A DNA stretch of 64,000 nucleotides, from contig CAYZSH010000001.1 of the NCBI GenBank assembly GCA_964481025.1, positions 2,714-66,713 on the forward strand, read 5' to 3'. This DNA comes from an uncultured Isosphaeraceae bacterium. Its GTDB lineage: Bacteria > Planctomycetota > Phycisphaerae > Phycisphaerales > SM1A02. The first letter of the stretch is position 1, and the number at the start of each line of letters is the position of its first letter. Under the pieces are notes generated by a model. The model saw only the letters and a program-made list of their open reading frames with translations, was not told where the DNA came from and searched no databases. Both the position numbers and the translations under genes were made by a program. Of this stretch, positions 16,453-24,403 are shown piece after piece.

Positions 16453-16896
16453 GGGGACGGCCCTGGGTGGACAAAAAGCAACCGCCCGGTCGCTCCGACC
16501 CGACCGGGCGGCTCTTGGGCCGTGGTCCGACAGGCGGATCACGGCCACGAAGAAGTCCAGTTGTCCGCCACTCGACCCGCGAGCGACCGATGCGTTGGAA
16601 CCTGACTGATCCCCTCGGGTTGCCCGGACCGGGCTCCGAACATACGCTCGGCCAAGGTTCGGGATGTCCGTGGCACGGACACTCCCCACCCCCAAACAGG
16701 CCCTGATCCAGCATCCAAGCGGGAAGAAGCCTGCCGTTTCGCCGAAGTTCGATCGAGAATCAGGGGCGTTGGCACCCGAATCCCGAAATCGAGGATTCAA
16801 CCGAGATTCCGACCTTCCAAGGGCACCGGCCAAGCGGCCTGAAAGTGCCCCTTCCGAAGGACCTCCGGACGGTAGCGGGTCCACCCGGGGTCGGTC
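16453..16896 (-). ncRNA. Candidate structured non-coding RNA or MITE-like element, class unknown (strand uncertain)
   Basis: 617-bp gap between pagL and the NUDIX gene with no protein-like ORF. G+C is about 60% by my count over 16681-16860, against higher flanks. Hairpins lie at 16483-16511, 16517-16545, 16666-16680 and 16821-16850. A 15-bp terminal inverted repeat pairs 16458-16472 with 16879-16893. The terminator orientation favours the minus strand, while the G-U pairs in the terminal helix favour the plus strand. Confidence 0.3.
16471..16511 (-). terminator. Rho-independent terminator reading on the minus strand
   Basis: 11-bp perfect GC-rich stem (16483-16493 pairs with 16501-16511) with a 7-nt loop. 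On the minus strand it is followed by UUGCUUUUUGU (the plus strand has AAAAA at 16473-16477). Confidence 0.55.
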
Positions 16897-16920
16897 AACG
16901 GGCGAAGCACGCGATCTCGT

Positions 16921-17412
16921 ATGAAATTACAAATGCCTGCCAATACTGACTTTACAAACATCGAGCCCAAGCCCGCCCCCGTTCGCGTCGCGATCGCCGC
17001 GGTGATCCGGAACGCCCTGGACGGAACCGTCGAGGTCCTCGCCGCATGGCGATCACGAGCCGCGGTGCGCGGTGGCGTCTGGGAGTTTCCCGGGGGCAAG
17101 ATCGAGCACGGCGAGAGCGCGCACGAGACGGCACGCCGCGAGTCACACGAAGAACTCGGCATCGAGATCGAGGTGCTTGAATCGATCGCGATCGCGGAAG
17201 ACTTCGACCCGACGCAACGACGCGAGCATCACGTCGTGGTCGAACTCATGCTTGCTCGATCCACGACCGGCGACCCGACCGTGATGACGCGGCCGTGGCG
17301 ATGGATCCCGCTGGATCAGCTCGATGACGTGCCATGGCCCCGCGCGAACGCGATGCTGATCCGCGAACTGCGACGACACCTCGACGCCCGCGACCCGATC
17401 ATCGCTCACTGA
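16921..17412 (+). CDS. NUDIX hydrolase (MutT-like)
   Basis: 163 aa with the Nudix box GGVWEFPGGKIEHGESAHETARRESHEELG. The first roughly 15 codons are unusually AT-rich, so the true start may be further downstream. Confidence 0.85.
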   Translation: MKLQMPANTDFTNIEPKPAPVRVAIAAVIRNALDGTVEVLAAWRSRAAVRGGVWEFPGGKIEHGESAHETARRESHEELGIEIEVLESIAIAEDFDPTQRREHHVVVELMLARSTTGDPTVMTRPWRWIPLDQLDDVPWPRANAMLIRELRRHLDARDPIIAH

Positions 17413-17443
17413 CGAACGCCGGGCCGATCCCGTGTCCTGGACG

Positions 17444-18238
17444 TCAGCCGCAGAGGCGGCCGAGCATTTCACGGGCCCGGGCTCTGGACTTCGATTCGTA
17501 CTCGTTCAGCACGTTGGCCCGTCGCACGTCCTCGGGCGACGCGACGCCGAACGCGCCTTCGGTCTCCAGCCACGCGGCCGCCTCACGCACCCGCGACTTC
17601 TGTGCGTCGTCAAACTCGATGTCGAAGCCCGGCGCGAGCGCATCCCCCATCGCCCAGGTGAAGCCATCGACGAGGCCGATGGTCATCAGCAGTCCGGCCA
17701 CGGTCGAGTCGTAGACGTGCGACACCCGCGGCGCCACCGCCATGACCTCCAGAACCGCGACCAGACGGTCCGCATCGCCTTCCGCGACCGCGAGACGTGC
17801 GTCCGCCCAGAGATTCTTGCGGATCCCACGCACGGCCATTCCGCGGATGGCGGCGCTGTCGGGAAGCGGCCCCCATCCGCCATCGAGCTCGATCAGTCGA
17901 TCGTTGAAGGTTCGGACGAGGTTCATGACCTCGACGCCGGCGGGGGGCACCGGCGACGGCGGAACCTGACCCATCATCCAGGCGTCCATCTGCCCCTGCA
18001 CCTGCGGCTCGCCATAGAGCACCGCCATGTTCCCCTCGCGCGGCCATGCCTCGAGCGCCGTCTGCCACGCCGCCCCCGCCGCCGCGTCACCGCCCACGCC
18101 CGCCGGCCCGATGACCGACGCATTCGCGAGCTCGTTCGGATCGGGCGGCGGCTGTTCGCACCCGGCGACAAGCGTCGCCGCGACGACCAACGCACACGTT
18201 CGGAACAGGGCAAGACCGCTTCGGGGGATTCGATTCAT
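17444..18238 (-). CDS. Hypothetical lipoprotein
   Basis: 264 aa with a signal peptide and lipobox (LVAATLVAGC). The remainder is helical and protein-like. I recognised no family. Confidence 0.65.
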   Translation of the reverse strand: MNRIPRSGLALFRTCALVVAATLVAGCEQPPPDPNELANASVIGPAGVGGDAAAGAAWQTALEAWPREGNMAVLYGEPQVQGQMDAWMMGQVPPSPVPPAGVEVMNLVRTFNDRLIELDGGWGPLPDSAAIRGMAVRGIRKNLWADARLAVAEGDADRLVAVLEVMAVAPRVSHVYDSTVAGLLMTIGLVDGFTWAMGDALAPGFDIEFDDAQKSRVREAAAWLETEGAFGVASPEDVRRANVLNEYESKSRARAREMLGRLCG

Positions 18239-18287
18239 GTGCGCAGGGGAACCGCTGGCCCATCACCATGTCAAGCGCGGATCATCC

Positions 18288-19334
18288 TCAACCACCGATG
18301 CTGCTCATCGCCCGATCGCCGCGCGTCCCGTGAACCTCGGGTTTCATGGCGGTGCAACCCGCGAACGCCGCCCGCCATCGCTCGTCCTCCGACGCGACAC
18401 CCGAGGCCAGAAGCGGCTTCAGATCGACCTCCCCACCGTCGAACAGGCAGCTGCGCAGCACACCCGTCGCGTCGAGCCGGAGTCGATTGCACGATTCGCA
18501 GAACGGTCGGCTCATCGCGTGGATGAACCCGATTCGACCGCGACCCGTCGCGGTGCCGAACGCCCGCGCCGGCCCGATGCCGGGTTCAAGCCGGTCGATC
18601 GGACGCAGCGGCCCGATCGCGTCGACGACCGCCGCCTCGATCTCCGAGGCCTCGACGAGCGCGTCGGACGCGTCACGATCGGCCAGCACACTCCGTCCAA
18701 GCGGCATGAACTCGATGAATCGCACGCTCCAGTCACGCTCGACCGCGAGTCGCGCGAAGTCGCCGATCTCGTCGTCGTTCACGTCACGCATCACGACGAC
18801 GTTCAACTTCAGGCCACCGAACACCTCGTCGGCGACATCGAGTCCGCGGCGCAACTGCGACAGGCGCCCGCCCCCGGTGATCTCGGCATACCGATCATCC
18901 CGCCAGGAGTCGACCGACACCGTCACGCGCTCGAGCCCCGCGTCGCGGAGCGTGCGAGCGACGGCGGCGAGCCGAAGCCCGTTGGTGGTCATCGAAAGTT
19001 CGATGCCGTCGATCGCGCGAAGCCGCGTGACGATGTCGACAAGATCGCGACGCACCGTGGGTTCGCCGCCGGTCAGCTTGACGTGCGTCACGCCGAGTCC
19101 GACCGCGACCCGCACCACCCGCTCGATCTCCTCCGCGGCGAGCAGCGCCGACGACGGCAGGAACGAGACACCCTCCGCGGGCATGCAGTAGCGACATCGA
19201 AGATGACACCGATCCGTGACCGAAACCCGCAGCATGCGGACGGCATCAAGTGATCTCGGCCCGACGGCATGCGCCGGGCGCACCGGCGAAGGGTCGAGCA
19301 ACGGGAGCGGGATCGTCCGGATCGTCGAGGTCAC
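18288..19334 (-). CDS. moaA: GTP 3',8-cyclase (molybdenum cofactor biosynthesis protein A, radical SAM)
   Basis: 348 aa with the CHLRCRYCMP radical-SAM cluster motif, LTGGEPTVR, the C-terminal cluster motif FCESCNRLRL, and a terminal GG. Confidence 0.92.
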   Translation of the reverse strand: MTSTIRTIPLPLLDPSPVRPAHAVGPRSLDAVRMLRVSVTDRCHLRCRYCMPAEGVSFLPSSALLAAEEIERVVRVAVGLGVTHVKLTGGEPTVRRDLVDIVTRLRAIDGIELSMTTNGLRLAAVARTLRDAGLERVTVSVDSWRDDRYAEITGGGRLSQLRRGLDVADEVFGGLKLNVVVMRDVNDDEIGDFARLAVERDWSVRFIEFMPLGRSVLADRDASDALVEASEIEAAVVDAIGPLRPIDRLEPGIGPARAFGTATGRGRIGFIHAMSRPFCESCNRLRLDATGVLRSCLFDGGEVDLKPLLASGVASEDERWRAAFAGCTAMKPEVHGTRGDRAMSSIGG

Positions 19335-19366
19335 GACGCGATGCTATCGCGGCGGCGATCGCGCGA

Positions 19367-19777
19367 TCAGGCCGCCACGATCGGGGACAGCGACGATTCG
19401 AGCCGTTTCTCGATCGCCTCCCGGAGCTGCGGAGGCACCACCGGCTTGCGAAGCACCTCGACGCCCTCGAGTCCGACCACCCCGCAGGCCGCAGGCGTGG
19501 CGGCGTCGAGACCGGTCACCAGCAGCACCGGCACGTTCGATCGCCCGCGGATGCGTCGGGCGAGCACCGCACCGTCGCCGCCGGGCATGTTGAGGTCGGT
19601 GACGACGAGATCGAATCGGGTCCGCACGAACTCCCGCCAGGCGGTCGCGCCGGTCCGAGCCGTCACGCACTGACAGCCGAGGCCGCTTGCCACGCGGGCG
19701 ATCATGAGCACGCTCATCCGGTCGTCGTCGACGACCAGCACCATGGGTCCACGTCCGGTCCGCACCGACGGCGCCAT
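19367..19777 (-). CDS. Stand-alone response-regulator receiver domain
   Basis: 136 aa with VLVVDDD, LVVTDLNMPGGDG, VLLVTG, and LRKP. Confidence 0.85.
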   Translation of the reverse strand: MAPSVRTGRGPMVLVVDDDRMSVLMIARVASGLGCQCVTARTGATAWREFVRTRFDLVVTDLNMPGGDGAVLARRIRGRSNVPVLLVTGLDAATPAACGVVGLEGVEVLRKPVVPPQLREAIEKRLESSLSPIVAA

Positions 19778-19932
19778 TCTCCCCCGGGCTTTTCTGGATC
19801 AGTCGGACCGGCACCACGGCCTTCGTCCGGCGGGCGTCGAAACGCCACCCCTCGACATCGACCCGAAGGAACCCCGGCTGCAGCCGGGTCCGCCGGATCC
19901 GGAAAAGGCCACCCCCGAGGCGATCCTCGGGC

Positions 19933-20493
19933 TCAGCCCGGATCGTCGGCCGAGCCCCGCACCGGCCCGATGGGACCCTCGATGGGATCCCCGATCGCCT
20001 CGGGATCCGGACGACTGCCGTCGGATTCCTCGACCTCGGCAGCGAGACCGGCCGGGGTGTTCGCACCGGTCGGATCGGGGGCGGTCGCCTCCATGGCCGC
20101 CAGTCGGTCACGCATCGCCTCGGCCCGAGCCATCACCGCGTCGGCGTCCCGATCCTCGGGTTCGAGCACGACGTGCCAGACGGCCCGGCTCTCGACCTCG
20201 AAGGGAAGGAGTTCAGCCATCAGATCTGGCCCCGGCAGATCCCAGATCGGGGGCGTGGCGGACCGCCCCGCCATGACCGGCTCCCAGCCGTCGCGGGCCA
20301 CTCGGAGGTCGTACTTGCCATAGTGCAGGATCTCGACCTCGCAGGGGGTGACCCCGACCTCGCGATCGTTCATCCAGACCAGCGCCCCGGAGGGCTCGGA
20401 GGTGATCTCCACGACCCGACGGACGCATCCGCCTGCCCAGAGCACGCCTGACGCGGAAAGCAGCACGATGAGACGCCCGGAGCGAGTGATCAT
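19933..20493 (-). CDS. PEGA-domain lipoprotein
   Basis: Start at ATG 20493 (MITRSGRLIVLLSASGVLWAGGC, signal peptide plus lipobox). PEGA-like segment VEITSEPSGALVWMNDREVGVTPCEVEILHYGKYDLRVARDGWEP, and an acidic tail. Confidence 0.75.
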   Translation of the reverse strand: MITRSGRLIVLLSASGVLWAGGCVRRVVEITSEPSGALVWMNDREVGVTPCEVEILHYGKYDLRVARDGWEPVMAGRSATPPIWDLPGPDLMAELLPFEVESRAVWHVVLEPEDRDADAVMARAEAMRDRLAAMEATAPDPTGANTPAGLAAEVEESDGSRPDPEAIGDPIEGPIGPVRGSADDPG

Positions 20494-20576
20494 GCCGTCG
20501 GTTGTATCGGGACACCGGCACGCTGGCAAGCCGCCGCCGCGACAGGGGCGGTCCGAGGTCGGATACCATCGGTCCC

Positions 20577-21311
20577 ATGCCACTTCTCGACGTGCAGGAT
20601 CTCCAGAAGACCTACGGCGGCCGACGGGTCGTCGACGGAGTCGGGTTCACCGTCGAAGAGGGTGAGATCGTCGGCCTGCTGGGCCGCAACGGTGCGGGAA
20701 AGACCACGTCGTTCCGCATGACGATCGGGATGCTGACCCCCGAGGCGGGATCGGTGGTCTTCGATGGCCGGGATCTGACCCGGGACCCGATGTACCGCCA
20801 CGCCCAGGCGGGCATGGGCTATCTGAGTCAGGAGCCGAGCGTCTTCCAGAAGCTGACCGTCGAGCAGAACGTCCTCGCGATCCTGGAGACCCGCGGCATC
20901 GACCGCCAGATGCGGCAGCGCCGTTGCGACGAACTCCTCGAGCAGTTCGGACTCGTCCACAAGCGCCGCGAACTCGCCCGAACCTGCTCGGGCGGTGAAC
21001 GACGCCGGCTTGAGATCGCCCGCGCACTCGTGACGCGTCCGCGTCTCATGCTGCTCGACGAGCCGTTCGCGGCGGTCGACCCGCACACCGTCGAGGAGTT
21101 GCAGGCCGAGGTCCGCAAGCTCGCCGACGAGGGCATCGCGATGCTGGTCACCGATCACAACGTCCAACAGACGCTGCGGATCTGCGACCGCGCCTACATC
21201 ATCCACCAGGGACGCAATCTCAAGGATGGCGATCCGAGGTCGATCATCAACGACGCGGACGTACGCGAGGCGTACCTCGCGAGCACCTTCCGTGGCGACG
21301 AGTTCGACTGA
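20577..21311 (+). CDS. lptB: LPS export ABC transporter ATP-binding protein
   Basis: Start at ATG 20577 (MPLLDVQDLQKTYGGRRVV). Walker A GRNGAGKTT, Q-loop, signature CSGGERRRLEIARAL, Walker B LMLLDEPFAAVD, H-loop DHN. The 244-aa length and the C-terminal DADVREAYL are typical of LptB. Confidence 0.9.
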   Translation: MPLLDVQDLQKTYGGRRVVDGVGFTVEEGEIVGLLGRNGAGKTTSFRMTIGMLTPEAGSVVFDGRDLTRDPMYRHAQAGMGYLSQEPSVFQKLTVEQNVLAILETRGIDRQMRQRRCDELLEQFGLVHKRRELARTCSGGERRRLEIARALVTRPRLMLLDEPFAAVDPHTVEELQAEVRKLADEGIAMLVTDHNVQQTLRICDRAYIIHQGRNLKDGDPRSIINDADVREAYLASTFRGDEFD

Positions 21312-21346
21312 TTCCTCGCGGCGTTCCTGCCGGAACCGACGAACGA

Positions 21347-21379
21347 GAACACGCCCCCGTCGAGGACGGGGGCGTGTTC
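21347..21379. terminator. GC-rich hairpin between convergent lptB and the HTH gene (possible bidirectional terminator)
   Basis: 13-bp perfect stem (21347-21359 pairs with 21367-21379) with a 7-nt loop. There is no clear U-tract on either side. Confidence 0.45.
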
Positions 21380-21405
21380 GTGGTCGGCCTGTCGAGTGAT
21401 GAGGC

Positions 21406-21780
21406 TCAGAGGGCCTGGATCATGCGGACGAGATCCTGCTTGATCGCATCCTTGTAGCTGTTCATGCCCGCCGGCGCACTGCGAAGCATGCCGAGCGCCG
21501 CCTCGATCTCGGCGATTCCGCCGGCGGCGCGGCGACCACGGCGTCCCGGCTTCGCAGCGGTCGCCGCAGTGGCGGCGGCGCGGCCACGACCACGCCCCTT
21601 CGCAGCACCCGGCTTGGCACCCTTGCGCGGACCCCGGGTCTTCGCCATGCCGTGCTTCTTCAGCCAGTTGCTCATGGTCGGCACCGAGCATCCGCAGGCC
21701 TTCGCCATCTGCGCGATGGTCTTGCCTTCGGCCTTGAGCGCCTCGAGCGTGGACTTGTCCTTGTAGTCGTAGGTGGGCAT
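21406..21780 (-). CDS. Small HTH-domain protein with Arg/Gly/Lys/Ala-rich linker
   Basis: 124 aa. The N-terminal HTH-like segment is GKTIAQMAKACGCSVPTMSNWLKKHG, followed by KTRGPRKGAKPGAAKGRGRGRAAATAATAAKPGRRGRRAAGG and a C-terminal helix. A perfect AAGGAGG lies 4 nt upstream of the ATG. Confidence 0.7.
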   Translation of the reverse strand: MPTYDYKDKSTLEALKAEGKTIAQMAKACGCSVPTMSNWLKKHGMAKTRGPRKGAKPGAAKGRGRGRAAATAATAAKPGRRGRRAAGGIAEIEAALGMLRSAPAGMNSYKDAIKQDLVRMIQAL

Positions 21781-21784
21781 TCAA

Positions 21785-21872
21785 CCTCCTTGATTCATGT
21801 CGATCGATGTCGCTTCAGTCATCCGAAGCGTATTGATATCGAACCAGGCGAAAGTTCGAAGCCGGAATTATA
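21785..21872 (-). promoter_or_regulatory. Candidate promoter (-10) and Shine-Dalgarno of the HTH gene
   Basis: On the minus strand there is a perfect TATAAT (plus coordinates 21867-21872) about 85 nt upstream of the ATG, and a perfect AAGGAGG (21785-21791). I found no convincing -35. The region is about 47% G+C. Confidence 0.35.
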
Positions 21873-21910
21873 ACCGATATTGAAACGAACCACATCGACT
21901 TAAATGAAGA

Positions 21911-21934
21911 CAACACCGCCGAACCGCGGTGTTG
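21911..21934 (-). terminator. Rho-independent terminator after the DUF4870 gene
   Basis: 9-bp stem (21911-21919 pairs with 21926-21934). On the minus strand it is followed by UCUUCAUUUA. It lies 25 nt downstream of the stop at 21959. Confidence 0.5.
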
Positions 21935-21958
21935 CTTCAGAAAAACATGCCTCGCCGA

Positions 21959-22438
21959 TCAGGAAATGAAGCGGATCGTCATCGGATAGCGGAAGTATTC
22001 CGACCTCCCGGCCGCGATCGCCCCTCGAACGCACGCCACCAGCCAGGCCACGAACCAGATCAGGAAGATCGGGATGCCGATGATCGTGATCATCGACAAC
22101 GCCAGCACGCAGAACGTGAGCAGCGTGTTGATGATCTCCCGGCCTTGATCGTCCACGAGCGGCGATCGATCCTTCCGCACCGCCCAGAAGACGAGCACCC
22201 CGATCCAGATGATCGGAAGCGTCGCGGTGAGGGCTCCGATGAACGGCCAGAGGTGCGAGGCGACGAGGAGCGAGCGATCGAGGTCCTGTTCCCCTTCGGA
22301 GCGAAGTCGCCCATCCGGGGTGGGAACCGCATCCGGACCGGGCCGAGGATTCCCGCCCGCACGTCCGAACCGATGCGAACCGCCGCCATGAGGCGGCGGC
22401 GGGTATCCGGCGGAAGCGTGTTCGGACTCGTTCGGCAT
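21959..22438 (-). CDS. DUF4870-like small membrane protein
   Basis: Start at ATG 22438 (MPNESEH). A Pro/Gly-rich N-terminus is followed by TM segments and the C-terminal signature GRSEYFRYPMTIRFIS. The upstream part of track ORF 21959..22840 overlaps the CNNM gene. Confidence 0.72.
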   Translation of the reverse strand: MPNESEHASAGYPPPPHGGGSHRFGRAGGNPRPGPDAVPTPDGRLRSEGEQDLDRSLLVASHLWPFIGALTATLPIIWIGVLVFWAVRKDRSPLVDDQGREIINTLLTFCVLALSMITIIGIPIFLIWFVAWLVACVRGAIAAGRSEYFRYPMTIRFIS

Positions 22439-22523
22439 CGAGATCGTGGCTCCGGTCATGTCCGGTTGCTGGGATCCGGGGCCGCCGGATTTCAGCGTCG
22501 TCGGCTTCTCACCACCGATCGCG

Positions 22524-23822
22524 TCAGCCGACCTCGCCCGCCGCGGCATCGACGCCACCCTCGACGGCGCCGAGCCGCTCGACCGCGACGCGATCGATGC
22601 GGGTCGGCGTCGCCTCCAGCACCTCGAACCGCAGGCCATCCGCCTCCAGCGACTCGCCGGCCTCGGGCACCCGCCCCAGACGCTCGAGGATGTACCCCGC
22701 CACGGTGTCGAAGTCGTCGTCCTCGGGCAGTTCCACCTCGAGCAGTTCGTTGAGGTCGTAGATCTGATAGCGGGCGTCCAGTTCCCACCGGCCGGGCGAG
22801 ACCTCGTCCGCCGATGGCGGCTGCTCCTCGGCGGTGTCATGCTCGTCCTGGATCTCGCCGACGATCTCCTCCAGCACGTCCTCGATGGTCACGAGGCCGC
22901 TGGTGCCGCCGTACTCGTCCACGACGATCGCCAGGTGCACCTCGCTCCGCTGGAAGTCGCGAAGCAGGTCCTTCACCGGCTTGGTCTCCGGCACGCGGAT
23001 CGGCTGGCGAAGCAGCCGGTCGAGCCGGAACTCCGCGGACTCGTTGCCGAGCCACGGCACGAGGTCCTTGACGTAGAGGATGCCGAGGATGTCGTCGAGA
23101 TTCTCGCCATAGACCGGAATGCGGGAGTGCCCCGCCTCGGCGATGAAGTCACGCACCGTGCCGAGATCCTGCGTCATCGGCAGCCCCTCGATGTCGGTCC
23201 GCGGCGTCATGACCGTGCCGACCTCGGTGCTCGTGAACTCGACGACGTTCTCCAGCATCTCGGCGGCCGCCTCGTCGAGTCCACCCCCGAGCGTGGTGTC
23301 CTCGATCGATCGCCGAAGGCGATCCTCGACCTCGTGTTCGCGCAGGTTCGCACCACTCAGACGCCGCACCGCCTCATCCACGAGGATCGTCACCGTCGCC
23401 AGCGGACCGAGCGCGAGATCGAGGAATCGAAGCACCGGCACACCGCGCACGACCAGCGACGCCCCGAGATACGCGGCGATCGCACCCGCCACGACGCTGG
23501 TCGCGAACCAGATGAGCAGCACCGAGACGACCGAGGCGATCGCGATCTCCATCGCATCGGGCTCGGCATCGACCACGGCGATGATCGCCGACATCGTGAC
23601 GCCGACCCGCAGCGCCGTGCGGATGAGCGCCACCTCGGTCGCGAGCTGCCGACGTCGAGCGAAGATCCAGCCGGTGATCGACTCGACGCGCTGACGACCG
23701 CGGGCGCGGAAGAGATCCTCCAACTCGCTCCGGCTCGGTTCCTGCAGCGACAGATGAAGCGCGCTGGCCCACGATCCCAGCCCGAGCATCACGATGCCCG
23801 CGACGACCACGAGCCAGATCAC
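22524..23822 (-). CDS. CNNM/TlyC-family hemolysin-like protein (DUF21 + CBS pair + CorC_HlyC)
   Basis: 432 aa with an N-terminal DUF21 TM domain, a CBS pair (VMTPRTDIEGL...HSRIPVY..., AIVVDEYGGTSGLVTIEDVLEEIVGEI) and a C-terminal transporter-associated domain. Confidence 0.9.
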   Translation of the reverse strand: MIWLVVVAGIVMLGLGSWASALHLSLQEPSRSELEDLFRARGRQRVESITGWIFARRRQLATEVALIRTALRVGVTMSAIIAVVDAEPDAMEIAIASVVSVLLIWFATSVVAGAIAAYLGASLVVRGVPVLRFLDLALGPLATVTILVDEAVRRLSGANLREHEVEDRLRRSIEDTTLGGGLDEAAAEMLENVVEFTSTEVGTVMTPRTDIEGLPMTQDLGTVRDFIAEAGHSRIPVYGENLDDILGILYVKDLVPWLGNESAEFRLDRLLRQPIRVPETKPVKDLLRDFQRSEVHLAIVVDEYGGTSGLVTIEDVLEEIVGEIQDEHDTAEEQPPSADEVSPGRWELDARYQIYDLNELLEVELPEDDDFDTVAGYILERLGRVPEAGESLEADGLRFEVLEATPTRIDRVAVERLGAVEGGVDAAAGEVG

Positions 23823-24382
23823 GCGTCACCTCCGGGTCGGTAGACCGGTCCGACGCCGATCGCGCGGAGCAACCGATCCTCCTCGGCGTGCATCCGGGCG
23901 TGCGCCTCGGGTTCGTGATCGTCGTGCCCAAGGGCATGCAGCACACCGTGGACCGCGTAGAGCAGCAGTTCGCGGTCGACCGCGTGCCCGAACTCCGCGG
24001 CTCGCCGGTCGGCCTCGTCGAGGCACACGACGACGTCCACGCCGAGTCCCGACGTCTCGTCGCTGACGAAGGTCAGGACGTCCGTCGTCCCCTCGACGCC
24101 GCTGAAGCGACGGTGTGCCTCGTCCATCTCGACATCGTCGACCACGCGGATCGATACCCGTTCGCAGCGGGTTGCGACTTCGGCATCCAGAATCTCGAGC
24201 ACGTCCGTCAGTCGCCGGGAGAGCCATTCGGCGGGAACGCCCCCGCGGGCACGCACCGCGGCGGAGACATCGACCTCCACCCGGTCCCCACCGTCAATCG
24301 CGGCGTTCCACCGTTCCGGAGGTTCGGCGTCCGCGGCGGTCGAGCGTTGACCACCCTCGTCGGCGGCGTTCTCAGCGTCCAT
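23819..24382 (-). CDS. ybeY: Endoribonuclease YbeY (rRNA maturation factor)
   Basis: Metal-binding motif HGVLHALGHDDH. I chose ATG 24382 (MDAENAADE); the track's GTG at 24397 is also possible. The stop overlaps the CNNM start. Confidence 0.88.
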   Translation of the reverse strand: MDAENAADEGGQRSTAADAEPPERWNAAIDGGDRVEVDVSAAVRARGGVPAEWLSRRLTDVLEILDAEVATRCERVSIRVVDDVEMDEAHRRFSGVEGTTDVLTFVSDETSGLGVDVVVCLDEADRRAAEFGHAVDRELLLYAVHGVLHALGHDDHEPEAHARMHAEEDRLLRAIGVGPVYRPGGDA

Positions 24383-24403
24383 GCACGGGACTCCCACGAC
24401 GCA

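Noticed and set aside
16453-16896. Assignment of the non-coding island to RNase P RNA, tmRNA, SRP RNA or a cobalamin riboswitch
   Set aside because: There are partial resemblances. These are P4-like complementarity, a GUCCGUGGCACGG hairpin, GGGUGCC..CGCCC, a CUGAUUCUCGAUCGAAC stretch similar to tmRNA 5' ends, and CCGCCACUCG plus GGAACCUGAC similar to B12-riboswitch boxes. They are scattered over both strands. The diagnostic blocks are missing: GAGGAAAGUCCGG, GGUAAGAGC, ACAGAACCCGGCUUA, a GGGG...CCACCA acceptor with a T-arm, an ANxxxLAA-type tag ORF, and GGAAGCAGCC. I therefore left it unclassified.
21406-21780. HTH gene in the AT-rich island as evidence of an insertion sequence or prophage
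   Set aside because: No DDE or serine/tyrosine recombinase ORF, terminal inverted repeats or direct repeats are visible around it. It is kept as a finding for its unusual signals, but I do not call it a mobile element.
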